Part shown: piece after piece, positions 13,136-25,725 of the stretch
Numbering within the stretch: the stretch's first letter is position 1
How the letters are laid out: every line of letters starts with the position of its first letter
Assembly: GCF_036971445.1 (NCBI RefSeq)
Contig: NC_091471.1
Span: 350,610,001-350,674,000, forward strand
Length of the DNA stretch: 64,000 nucleotides
Origin: Narcine bancroftii
Lineage: Eukaryota
Direction: 5' to 3'
Notes under the pieces: model-generated
The model's database searches: none
The model's input: the letters and a program-made list of their open reading frames with translations, nothing else
What the model was told of the DNA's origin: nothing
Translations under genes and position numbers: made by a program

Positions 13136-13829
13136 GATCAATATCACTAAGGACCTTGGTCACTGTCTCCTCTCCCTTCACGCAGAATGTACAGAAACCT
13201 GAATGCCAGCACCTCTAGGCTCAAGAAGAATTGTTATTGATTAGCTAGTTGGCTTTTGAACATTACTGTATTAACCTAGCACTAACCATAAATAGCAAAG
13301 ATAAAGATACATAACCAATATTTCGGGCTTGAGCCCTTCATCAAGGTATGAGCAAAATGTAGGCAGGTGCCCGAATATTGACAATGACCAGTTCTTGGTA
13401 GAGTAATTCCTCAGTTTTTTTCCCAACTTCCATGCAAATTATTCTTCAAAGTGCTTATTCCATTCCTTTCAAATACATCACCATACAAGAGTTAATTTCA
13501 TATCACTTTCTGATTCAGGATTTTCTTCACATCCCCCTATAAGTTTTTTCCAAAATATTAAATCTGTGCACAATGATCCACGAACCATCTGGAAATCAAG
13601 ACAGCTTATGTCTGTTTCACTGACCCTTTCTACGTGTGGATGCTGCCTGGCCTGCTGAATTCCTTGAGGAGGTCATTATTAGTGCAACTTGTGACTGTCT
13701 TCTCTAGATACACCAATTAACACTTTACATATGCATCAGAAGCAAAATAAACTAATTATTATAGAAGTTCTATGATTTCTTTAGCATCCCTTTCCAGATG
13801 TAATCCACATTACATCCAGTGTAATCATC

Positions 13830-13990
13830 ACACTACAGTGCCAGAGACCCGGATTCAAATCCAGTGCTGTCTGTAAGGAGTTTCTATGTTTCCCCATGTC
13901 TATGTGGGTTTCCTATCACCCTGGGTAATTGGGGTATTTGAGCAGCACGGGCTCATGGGCTGGAAGGGCCAGTTACCATGCTGTATGTCT
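13830..13990 (+). mobile_element. tRNA-derived V-SINE/HE1-like SINE (related copies near 15975-16170, 32380-32500, 41890-42070, 59055-59295)
   Basis: B-box-like GGATTCAAATCC followed by CTGTCTGTAAGGAGTTT...GTGGGTTTCC, repeated at several places in the window. Confidence 0.55.
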
Positions 13991-15059
13991 AAAAGAAAAA
14001 GGAATGAATGAATCTGCCACTTTGCACACAGTGAGCACACATTAACAGCAATATGATGGTAATCGTTTTGTATTAAATACTGATTGGTGAGCTAAATGAG
14101 GAATCGATCAGTTTTCTCTTTAGAAGAATGCCAGGGAATGAAGTGAGCAAATGCGGCAGTGGATGATCATCTCAAAGATAAATAGAACAGGAACCTGAAT
14201 CTTTGACTATGAGTCTTGGATAGAAGTTGAACTCGTAACCTTCTGACTCCACATCCATAGGAATTAAAAGGCAGTCAACATTTTGGGCCTGAGCCCTTCA
14301 GGAGTGTCGAAAATCAGGCAGATGCCTGAATGAAAAGGTGGGGGGTGAAGGGGAAGAGAGAGGAACACAGGCTGACAGGTAAAAGGTGGATACAGGTGGG
14401 AGGGTAGAGGAGAAATCTTTTGCCTATCATACCTAAAAATCATCCCAATCCTTGTTCTTTTCCCATAATCATATATATTTTATCCTTTTGGTATTTATCT
14501 ATAATTTTTAATATTATTTCTATATCTGCTTTCACCACCCTTTTAAGCAGTTTCACAGTAATTCCCAGGATATAAAATGTCTTCATGCCACCTCTTGTTC
14601 GTTGCCAATCACTTAAATCTATATGCAATCTAGCTATCTGCCACAAGAAACATTTATGCTGAATACTCAAAAGAAGTAACTTGGTATTTTACTAAATCAT
14701 TATCAATGAGAAATTGGATAGCAGGTATATTGCTACAAATCTGTTTGTGTGAGAGATACAAAGTAAACTTACTTTATAGTCAATTAATACTGATAATTGA
14801 GAAAAACTAATAAAGATGTTAGAATCATAACATGAAATATATTAGGCTGGTTTTAGATATTGTCTTTTTAATGTATTCCTTTTAGGGGTGAATTCATGTG
14901 GAGAGCACTTATTGCCCATCCCCAATTACTCCTGAACTACCTTCTATAACCAGAGCAATTCTAAGAACGAAAGTACTCCAATAATACTCTGAGAGCACCA
15001 AGATTTAGATGCAGCTGCAATGAAGAAATAAATATTTCAAAATCAGAATGTTATGCTGA

Positions 15060-15922
15060 CAATCAACACAGGCACACCTTAAGGAGCCCACTGCTCCACT
15101 ATCTCTATAGGCTGTGAGGTTAAGCATAATTCAGATGACATCTACAAATTTGCCGATGATACCATGGTCCTCAGCAGAATTACAGACAGCACTAAGGAAG
15201 AGTACAGGAGTGAGATAGATCAGCTAGGTGAATGGTGTCACAATAACCACTTTGCACTCAATATTAGCAAAACTAAGGAATTAATTATGGACTTCAAGAA
15301 GCGAAAACCATGAGGACACAAAGCAATCCTCATCGAGGGGTCAGCAGCGGAAAGGGTAAAGAACTGCAAACCCCTGGTCGTAAAAATCAATGAAAATCTA
15401 TCCTGGAGTTCTTCATGAAGACTTTGTGAGGAGTTGGAAGAGATTTGGTATATCACCAAATACTCTTGCAAATTTATGCAGGTGTACAATGGAGAGCATT
15501 GTGACTGGTTGCATCACTTTCTCGCATGGAGATGCCAATGCACAGAACAGAAAAAGACTAGAGAGAATTATGAACTCGGCCAGTGCCATCATGGTCATTA
15601 GTCTTCACTCCATTAATGACATCCACCAGAGACAGTGTCTCAAGAAAACAGTCTCAGTCATCAAGGCCAAGACTTTTTTTCATTGCTGGCATTAGGAAGG
15701 AGGTATAGGGGCCTGAAGATGAGCATACAGTAGTAAAAAAACAGCTTCTTCCCTTCTGCCATCAGATTTCTGAATGGACATGGAACCACAGACGCGGCCC
15801 ACTTTCTCTTCTTTTGGACTAATTTATTTTTTAATGTCATTCACAGCAAATTTTGCACCTGCGATGTTGCAGCAAAACAATGAATTTTAGGACACATATT
15901 CATGACAATAAATTTTGATTCT
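15060..15922 (+). mobile_element. Rex1/Babar-like LINE 3' part
   Basis: KFADDT, FGISPNTLANLCRCTMESIVTGCI; similar to 4500-5410; tail AATAAATTTTGATTCT. Confidence 0.75.
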
Positions 15923-17599
15923 ATTGGAGGGGAACCTGGAAGTGGTGGCACAAAGCCCTTATTAATTTTAATTTAGAGATACAGCATGGTAACAGACCCC
16001 TCCAGCCCATGAGCCCACAATGCCCACCCAAGTGGGCATACATCTTTGAAATGTGGGAGGAAACTGGAGTGCCCAGAGGATACCCACATAGTCATGGGGA
16101 GAACATACAACCTCCTCACAAACAGTGGTGGATTCGAAGCCGGTTTGCTATAATAGTTGTGCTAACCATATGGTTTATGTTAGATTTGGAAGCTGCAGTA
16201 CAATTTGTACTGTGCACTGATGGTGAAGAAAATGAATACGTTTTGTTGGGTAGTGGCACGTGGGGTGCTTTGCCATCAAGCAGTTTGAGCATTGTTGAAG
16301 TAGCCCCTGGAGGGTATTCCGTCGACTACCTCAGCTATAGATGGTGGAAAAGTTTTGGGTGTCAGGAGATGAGTCACTCTCCAGAGGATATCTAGCCTTT
16401 CACCCACTCAACTGAGTTCTTGATTAAGAATCTCACCCAGGATGGGATCTGAGTGATGATTATGTTGTTGGATGTCAAGAGTAACCAGTTTCCTTCTCTA
16501 TTGTTGAAGCTGGCCTCTGCAAGGCACTTCTATAGCACAAATGTCACTTGCCACTTAGCAGCTCATCTCTAAATTTTATCTAGTTCTTGCTGCGTGTCGA
16601 CATAGGCTGTTTTATTATCTGAGAAGCTGCTAATGGAAATGAACATCATGCAGTCGCATTTCACCTTTCCTTACATTATACGAGAGGCCATAAAAGTCTA
16701 TACCAGCTCTCACATTTTCCTGGACAGCTAATGTTAAATAAAGGCTTTTCGAGTATAATTGATTATTAAATCAGAAAGTATTAATATTTGTAGGCACGTT
16801 GTTGCATGCTAATTCATTGTCTTAATATTTAAAACCTCATCATATTCATGTTTTTAATGCATATTGGGCAAAAAGTTATAAACCCTCGGAAGAATATGAA
16901 TTAATTCCCCAATTTGTAGCCAGCTAACATTTCAGCTACGTGAGTGTGCTTGGTCTTTGAGCTGATTTTAGGAAAATTCATCCTTAACATTGTTCATTGT
17001 CTAGAAACATATATGGAATATTGTGCATGGGTGTACAGATCATAGGTAAAGATAGAATCAGGTATAGCTTTATTTCCTCTGCATCATAAACAGCACCAAA
17101 ATGAAATATTCCAGGCTATCATGTAAAATTTAAGGTCTGGTAAAACTTCTATCTAGAATTGATATTTTTAAATAAAATATCACCAAATACTGTGAATGTA
17201 GCTCTATTGATATTTAAAAGCTACATCTTCATTGTGGTTTGGTAAAGAAAGAACTTCATTTCTATTACTGTATTTACTCTACAACCAATTAATTCCTTCT
17301 TGAAGTTTAGGCAAACTTGATCAGTATGTAAACACAGCCAATCTGCAAAGTAATTTTTGTTCCCTACTCTTTTTGTTCATGATCCAGATCTGGGTGTTGG
17401 AAGTATAGAATGCAGATTTTCAGATGTTAAGGTCTGTCTGAGTGCCAGAACTATAGATGATTTTCAACAATTTCAAATGCATCTTAATACATGAGGGAAC
17501 TTGATTAATGACAGGCAAATTATGCTTAACCTGGAAAAACATATTAGAACATTACAACACAATAAACAATGCTGTGTTGACCTATATAAACCTTTTCTA

Positions 17600-17860
17600 C
17601 CTCACACCTGTAACCCTCTATTTTTGTTGCATCCGTGTGCCTGTCTGAGCCTTATAAATGTCCCTATTATAACAGCTTCCACCACACTTGACAGTGCATT
17701 CCAGACATCCACTATAATCCCTCTAAACTTTCCACTCCTTACCTTAGCAGATGTCCTTTGATATTTTCTAATGTCACCTAGGTAAAAGGTCCTGCTGTCC
17801 ACCATATCTATGCCTCTCATAATCTTGTAGGCCTCCATTAAGTCACCTCTCATCTTCTTA
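17600..17860 (-). mobile_element. CR1 LINE 3' fragment
   Basis: MRGDLMEAYKIMRGID...VWNAL..VVEA, the CR1 ORF2 C-terminus. Confidence 0.7.
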
Positions 17861-18699
17861 AAAGACATTGCAAGAGGACAGAGTAAACAGTGAAACTACT
17901 CATACATTTCAGGGAAAAGCATTAAAGAAAGTGGAGAAAGATGGTAATTATGGGCAATGGAGGGTATAAATGATATTTTAGTGCAAGTTAAAATATACAA
18001 TTTAGTTCAAAATCTTGGTTAGGGCTTGTTAGAATTTTGTGCCTCCTTGCTTTTAATCTTTTTGCACATGGATAATATGGGTCTTAGAAAAGAACCCAGA
18101 AGAAAGCCACTAATTAATTCATGATTTGAAACAGCTTAGTTATTGGATAAAAAATATGGGAGTTTGTGTTTCAGAAAAGCATAGATGTGGAGTAATGTGC
18201 TCAGGATTTATAAAATAATGGGTGAAGTAAATAGATTGTGCTTGAGCAGAAAGCTTATTCCATTTAAACAGGATCTGTACCAAAATTAGGTTTGGTATGA
18301 AGAAATAAGTTTTTTTTTCTGGGAACAAATCACTGACTTTCGAAACAAATTTGAATCTGTTTCTGGCAAGATCAGAAATAACTAGCAGAAAAAATATATA
18401 CTTCAGAGAATATAAGTCCAGACTAATCTACTGTACTGGTTTTGATTCCCTAAGGAGTTGAGAGAAAACGTTCTTGATTTTTTACATCCTCAAGCAAACT
18501 AGCTTAGGTTTCGGTTTAGTTTTGTCTCTCTGTGGAGATCACATGATATCAGTGTAATGTAAAATTGTATAAACATGCACAAATATGTGAACAGAATAGA
18601 TGGGGAAGAAGGTCTTTTCCTGTTCAATGGTGCTTACAGGTTCTTGTTAACGAGGAAGTTTAGATAACTTGGGTAATACTGATTTAAAAATAGCTTGAT

Positions 18700-18910
18700 T
18701 TGACTCCAGGAGAAAGCGCCTTTCTTCCATCATTGCTTTGGAATTATTACCAGGGGTCATTTATTCTCATCTGTGGAGGTCACAGTTCAACATCTCACCT
18801 GAGAGACACCATCTCTAGTATGCATCTCCCATGTCTGATGTGTTAGTCTAAATATTGGCTTCAAGCTTTGGAACATGGTTTGGATTCATGACCTTCAGTC
18901 TTTGAAACAA
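18700..18910 (-). mobile_element. Deu-domain SINE fragment (others near 14010-14250 and 23290-23440)
   Basis: Reverse-complement similarity to 8150-8340. Confidence 0.4.
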
Positions 18911-21900
18911 AGATTCATACCATTATACCATTTAATTATATTGTTCCACAGTTAGATTTAATAAATAAATATGGGCACAAAATCATGTTTTATAAGATTT
19001 GACAGAAACTTTAAATGTTTTTGTCTTCTGGAAAATCTGAAGGATTGTACATTGCTATGTTTCATTCATAGTAATTGATATGAAAGTATACACTACAAAT
19101 AAATAATTTCCATATGTTGAGATCTATGGCCATGAGAGAATGGCAATACAATCACCATATTAGAACAATTCTCTTCTTGCCTTTGGGGGCTGGGTAGAAT
19201 ACTTAACTGACAAAAATACTCACAAAATGATGTATGATTGATAGAATTAGTTTTGTTAACATTTTAAACTATGTATGAGTACATGCAGCCTTTAAATTAT
19301 AAAATAAAAATAAAAGAACAAGCACATTTTTTCTAGAAAAGCATTACAAAGAATAATCAAACAGGTGAGACAGATTTCATTTCCTTCTCACAGTTGATAA
19401 TGTAAAGCAGAACATTTTTGGTTAAGATGTAAATAATAGGATAGATTAATGAGGTAATGTCTTTTTATGAAATGTTTATTTCTATTTTTTAATTTGTATT
19501 CAGGATATGGGATTCCTCTTCGTTATTTATAGAAACATACAGTACAAAAGCAAGGAAGAAGTTCAAGGCAATGACAATAAAGTGAGTCATCGGCAAAGTG
19601 TTTTAAAAGCACAAAAATTCTGTTTAAAGTAACAAGACTAGTTTACCAAAAATGTCTTTTCTCAGACATGTTATGAGATGATCTGAATGCAAGTTTTTAT
19701 CATTACTTACACGTGGGCATTTGCTCTCAAGAATAAGTGACCTCATTGTCACTGCCATGGAAGAAAATTCAGGAATAGCCTAACAACTTTCCCTGTGTTT
19801 GATACTTACCAGTAACAATTCCTGTCTTAATCATCCTTGCAAATGACAAACCCTGCAAATTGTTTTGAAGTGAAAATTCTGATCAATGTTAATCTATAGT
19901 TGTAACAAGTGAGACTAATTAGAAATAGTTAATGGAAATGCTGTCTACACTGAACTCTTCTAGAAAGATGACACGTCATTAGGAGCAAGAAACGGCCATT
20001 CAACCCCAAAATCTTTTTACTTATAGAAAGATGCTGTGGCATTCAGCCTGAGGGCTCTGGTGAGTTACACAGCAGCAACCCTGAAGTAAAGATAGATGAT
20101 TGTTTCTGCAGATTTTCATAAACAGTTAAACATCATAATCACCAGCCCCTTGCTGATTTTTGTCTTCTTCAACATTCATTGCTCCTCCATTATTTTCTGT
20201 TTCAGATTCTGAATTACTTCATTGTTAGTCCCCTCTGCATCGATGACCTCTCCCTCCGACTACATTAAAAGGTACCTTTCAATACCTGAAAATTCCTCCG
20301 CACTTTTATCGGTTTGTCCTGCAGATCACTATGGCACTACATAAGTTTCTCATGATCAGCCACTCAAAAGGGTTCAACAAGTTAAAAAGAACTGCTTTAA
20401 CTTTATTCATTTCCTTGTTGAAAAGTTATAATCTTCAAGAGCTTTACTCAGCATGGATCAAATAGTCTATTAGCACCTCCTACTGGTAACATATCAGTAC
20501 TTGCACAGTCTACTTGCTGGAAAGGAAATAAGTTTTACCTTTTAAAACAATGCATATTTCTTTATTTATGATTCCCTTCTCTTCTGCAATCAAGAGAAAA
20601 GGTGAAGGTGCCAGTCTGCCTGCTAGAAGGAGAAGAACGTGTTTAAGCCTGTGTCACAGTGGTGAACAAGAAGACTCCATACTTGAAAACTGGAACAATG
20701 TACAAAATGCTAGAGGAACTCAGCAAATCAGACAGCATTCATAGAGAGCAATAGATGGTGCTTTCCATGGATGCTGCCTAATACACTGAGTTCCTCCTGC
20801 ATATGTAAAAGGTTGTTCATTCAACATCTTGCTTCTCACATGATAAAACAAGGCAACTGAGAAGGGCCATCTTTAATACAAATTTGTTAAATCATGATCA
20901 AACATAATCATGTTACTCTGAACACTCCCGTCATGTTTGTTTGTGCGGGCAATGTCCCCAGTTCTGGCTCTTTCTGAACTTACAATCCATTCTCTAGTAT
21001 TCTCCAGCCTTAAGAAAAACATGAAAGTAAAAACACAATGCTGGAGAAACTCAGCTGGTCAGTGTTCTTTATGTAGCAAAGATAACCAACATTGCAGGTT
21101 TGAGCCCTTCATCAAGATATGAACAAAATGTAGGCAGGTGCCCGAACAAATAGCTCCCAACCTGAGAATGAAATTGTATGTTTAAGTTTCTTTAATAGCA
21201 CGTTTTTCTCATTACTTTGATTTATTTATCTTTCAACTTTTTCCCCTCTAATTTCTTGTAACACGAGCTACAAATCTATTATCTTACTGCAATCCTAACA
21301 TTCTGCAAAATAAGCAGTCCAGAATTTTATTGTGTTCGTCCTGGTAACTCCAAGAAATGCAGATAATTTTGCCTAAATAATCCATGTACCTAAATAGGCT
21401 TGGAACATGAACTATTTCATGTAGCCAACAAAATGTCTAGCATAACAAGTTCAATGCAAACCTGATAATTACTGTGCCTAAGCATGTTAAAGCTCCATAA
21501 CACTGCCATTTGCAACAAAATAAGGTTGTGTAGCACTGCTAAAGGCAGACCTGCTGAAATAAATGCTGTCCACACCAAGCAAGTCAACAGTAACTGCCAT
21601 TTATTCAAACCATGCTCGTTCCTTTTTAGGGAAGGTGACAGGCTCACAGGAGTGATGTCATAATGCTGCTGTGAGGCCTGGCTGTTCCTCTGGCAATGTG
21701 CTCCTGCAGCCTGGAACCTCTGCGCAGTGGGGGGACAGCCCCGTGCCCTGCTGCGATGGCTGTTCGCTGCAACGATTTGGCCCGTCGTGTGCGGGACCTG
21801 GCCCACTACAGTTGACATTTTTGTCTACGAGGGTAGCAAATTGACTGGCACTTTGTTCACTAACCTAAGAGTTCCTCTATTCCCAAATTATCCCCTATCA

Positions 21901-22284
21901 GTTGGTGGTTATTTTGGTGTGCACTTCTGCTAAGAAAATATCTCAGCACTGCAAAATCATTCGGCAAAATCAGTGGGAATTCTGTTTTTACGTTACTGAA
22001 GATACAAGAAGCTGCGGATGCTGGAAACAAGTTGCTGGAGGTCTCAGTGGGTCAGACAGCATCCGTGGAGGCAAAGTGATAGTCAGCATTTCAGAATGAG
22101 ACGGACGCAGAATCTTTTTGCCTCTACAGATGCTGCCTGACTTGCTAAGTTCCTTCAGCAGCATGTTTTTTAAATTTTCTATTACCAATGCATTAAAATA
22201 TTTTTAATGCTCCTCTTATGTAATTAAAAATTACATGATTTATTGAATGTCAATAGACCAAGAATTGGAGGAGGTATTTTGTTT

Positions 22285-23226
22285 TGATCTGGAGGATGGG
22301 GCAGTAAATTGGATTAGTAAATATACAGGTAATACTAAAATAGGGGGAATTCTGGATGATGAAGAGGGTTTTCAAAGATTGCAGAGGGATTTAAACTGCC
22401 GAGATGAGTGGGCAGAAAGATGGCAGATGGAGTTTAATGCTGATAAGTGTGAGGTGCTTCATTTTGGAAAGAATAATCAAAGCAAGACATATGTGGTAAA
22501 TGGAAGGGCATTTGAAGAATGCAGTGGAGCAGAAAGATCTAGGAATAATGGTGCATTGTTCCCTGAAGGTAGGAGCGCATGTGGATAGGGTGGTGAAGAA
22601 GGCCTTTAGTATGCTTGCCTATATAAATCAGTGCATAGAATATAGGAGTTGGGAAGTAATGATGAAACTGTACAAGGCTTTGGTGAGGCCAAATTTAGAG
22701 TACTGTGTGCAGTTCTGGACACCGATGTATAGGAAGGATATTAACAAGATAGAGTGCAGAGAAGATTTACAAAAATGTTGCCTGGGTTTCAGCATCTGGA
22801 ATACAAGGAAATATTGAGCAAATTAGGTCTTTATTCCTTAGAAAGTAGAAGGCTGAGAGGGGATTTGATAGAGGTGCTTAAGATAATGAGAGGGATAGAT
22901 AGAGTTGATGTGGAAAGGCTTTTCCCATTGAGAGTAGGAGAGATGGATACAAGAGGTCATCGGTTGAGAGTTGACGGGCAAAGGTTTAGGAGTAACAAGA
23001 GGGGGATCTTCTTTACTCAGAGAGTGGTTACTGTGTGGAATGGGCTTCCGGGGAAGGTGGTGGAGGCAGGGTCAATTTTGTCATTTAAGAAAGAGTTGGA
23101 TAAATGGGAGGGGGATGGAGAGATATGGGCAGAGTGCTGGTAAGTGGGATTAGAGGAGGGTACTTGGATCAGTGCGTACTAGAAGGGCCAAATTGGCCTG
23201 TTTCCATGCTGTAATTGTTATATGGT
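22285..23226 (+). mobile_element. CR1 LINE, 5'-truncated ORF2 3' end
   Basis: WQMEFNADKCEVLHFG, LYKALVRPNLEYCVQFW, RRLRGDLIEVLKIMRG, FFTQRVV; 3' tail. Confidence 0.9.
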
Positions 23227-23649
23227 TAATTTGATCCTCCTTTACTATAAGTCCTCATTCACAGAGATAAATCCAACCACTGGTTCAAGACAGCACACAA
23301 AGCCTTAGTTTAATGCCTCATCCAAAAGTCAACATTCTTGCTGATGAAGTACTCCCACAGAATTGGACTAATGTCAGCCTCAATTTTTGTACTCACATCT
23401 GTGGAATCAAAGACAAGAATGTGACTAAGCCAGAGCTAACTATCTAATGTGGAGCAAATTGGAGGACATAATTTACAGCCTGACTGAAAAACAATTTTTT
23501 GCACATATTTGATGCCAATAATATCAAAATAAATCATGATGATCTTTGATTTATAAAGAAAATATTCTGTTTCCAGTGGTGAAAATGTAGAACACTACAG
23601 AACTGTACAGGCCCTTCAGCCCTCGATGTTGTGCTGACCCACTATTATG

Positions 23650-25320
23650 CAATAAGTGAGAAGGTCAAGGTCTGGGAAACAGTTAAAAACAGAGAAAAAA
23701 ACTAAAAAGGTGATTTGGCAGGAAAAAAATGAATGATGAAAGAAGATTAGCAAGTAATATCAAAGCTTTTTTAAATATATAAAGAATAAAGGGGTGACCA
23801 AAGTAGACACAAGACTGAAAGAAAACGACACTGGAGAAATTGTACTGGGGACAAGGAGATGGCAAATGAACTGAATGAATATTTTGGATCATTATTTTCT
23901 GTGGAAGACATGAGTAGTATGGCTCTCACAGAAGAGAAGTGAGTGCAGTCAAGATCACGAAAGAGAAGGTACTTAGGAAACTAAATGGTCTAAAGATAAA
24001 CAAGTCTCCCCAACCAGAAGGAATGCAGCCTCGGGTTCTGAAGGAGGGAGCTGTAGAGATTGTAGCATTGGTAATGATCTTCCAGGAATCTACGAATTCC
24101 GCCATGGTTCTGGTGGACTGGAGTATCATGAATGTCACTCCATTGTTGAAGAAGGGAGCAAGGCTGTAGAAAGGAAATTATAGACCTATTAGCTTGAACT
24201 CGATGGTTGGGAAGGTGTTTGAGTTGATTGTCAAGGATGACAATCATGCCTGACAAACCTATTGCAATTTTTTGAACAGCTGATGTAGGATAGACAGGAG
24301 AGATGCAGTAGATGTTGTGTATTTGGACTTTCAAAAGGCCTTTGACAAGGTGCCACACATAAGGCTGCTAAACAAGATGAGAGACCATGGAATTGCTAGA
24401 GTATTGGCTGATGGCAGGAAACAGAAATTAGAACTAAAGGGATCCTATTCTGATTGGCTACTGGTTACCAGATGATACCTGAATAGGTGGGAGGGGAGTG
24501 GTGCCGAGGATTCCGAAAGGCTTCAGAGGGTTGGATAGATTAGTAGAATGGGCAAAGAAGTGACAGATGAAATACAATGTTGGAAAATGTAGAGTCATGA
24601 ACTTTAGTAGAATAGGGATGGACTATTATTTTGAAGGGGAGAAAATTCAAATTTCTGAGGTGCAGAGGGACTTGGGAGTCCTTATGCCAGATACCCTAAC
24701 ATTTAACCTCCAGGTTGAGTCGATGGTGAAGAAGGCAAATGTAATGTTGGCATTCATTTCTAGAGGAATAATGTAAAGTTCAGGGACGTGATGATCAGAC
24801 TATAAATCACTGGTAAAACTTCACATGTACAATGCCCAATTTTGAGCACCTTAGTTAAGAAAAGACATGCTGGCATTGGAGAGGGGTCAGAGAAAATTTA
24901 CTAGAATTATACCAAGAATGAAAGGGTTAGCACATGAAAAACATTTGTCACCTCTTATACTGTACTCATTGGGGGAATCTCAAAAACATTTCCAATGCCT
25001 GGACAGAGGAAATATGGCAAGGATGTTTTCCAGGGTAGGGGATTTGAGGATGAGGGCATAACTTCAGGATAAAAGATTGTCAATTTAAAACAAAGGCAGA
25101 AAAAAATTCTTTAGTTAGAGGGTTGTTAATCTGGGGAACTTGTTGCCACAGGCAGCTGTGAGAGCAAGGTTATTTGGTGTATTTAAGGCAGAGATTGACA
25201 TGTATTTGATTAGTTAAGGCTGGGGAGTAGGCCTGAGTGGGAGAATGGATCAGCTCATGATTAGAATGGCAGAGCAGACTTGATGGGCCAAAGACCTTAC
25301 TGTTGGTCCTATATCTCGTG
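23650..25320 (+). mobile_element. CR1 LINE ORF2, internally deleted and degenerate
   Basis: KSPQPEGMQPRVLKE, NYRPISL, VDVVYLDFQKAFDKVPH, MKYNVGKC. Confidence 0.85.
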
Positions 25321-25725
25321 AATTTTGTTTTATTTTTTCCACATTTAGAGTTTCAATTATTAAAAACACAGATGTAATTTCTTCAAATATTTCGTCAGTT
25401 GTCTATCTTATTTCCTTATATAGGTACTTTCCCTTAACATAGTCTTGATAAATGACATTTAAATATCTGAATCAGGTTGGGGCAGTCTAAAGATTGAAAA
25501 ATGATTTTAAAAAGTATTACATTTGGTCTTTTGATAACCATAGTGTGCAAACTATGGATTATTTTCTTTTTGTTTAAATAGGATATGGAAGTTTAAAATT
25601 AGTCATTTAGTCCACTGTTAAATGTCCTGTCTAAGTACAGTACTTCAGCAGAAAAAAAATATTGGAACACTATTTTAGGTTATGTAGTTTCTCTGGAAGA
25701 GTTATGGCTTATGGATATTAGGTAT

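Noticed and set aside
20100-20330. Exon-like segment (strong + strand acceptor near 20205; - strand peptide SEGEVIDAEG...)
   Set aside because: Stops in all three + frames, the - strand frame is short, and no partner exons or homology were recognised.
21417-21933. ORFs over the GC-rich intergenic patch
   Set aside because: No recognisable domain or splice structure; kept only as a regulatory candidate.
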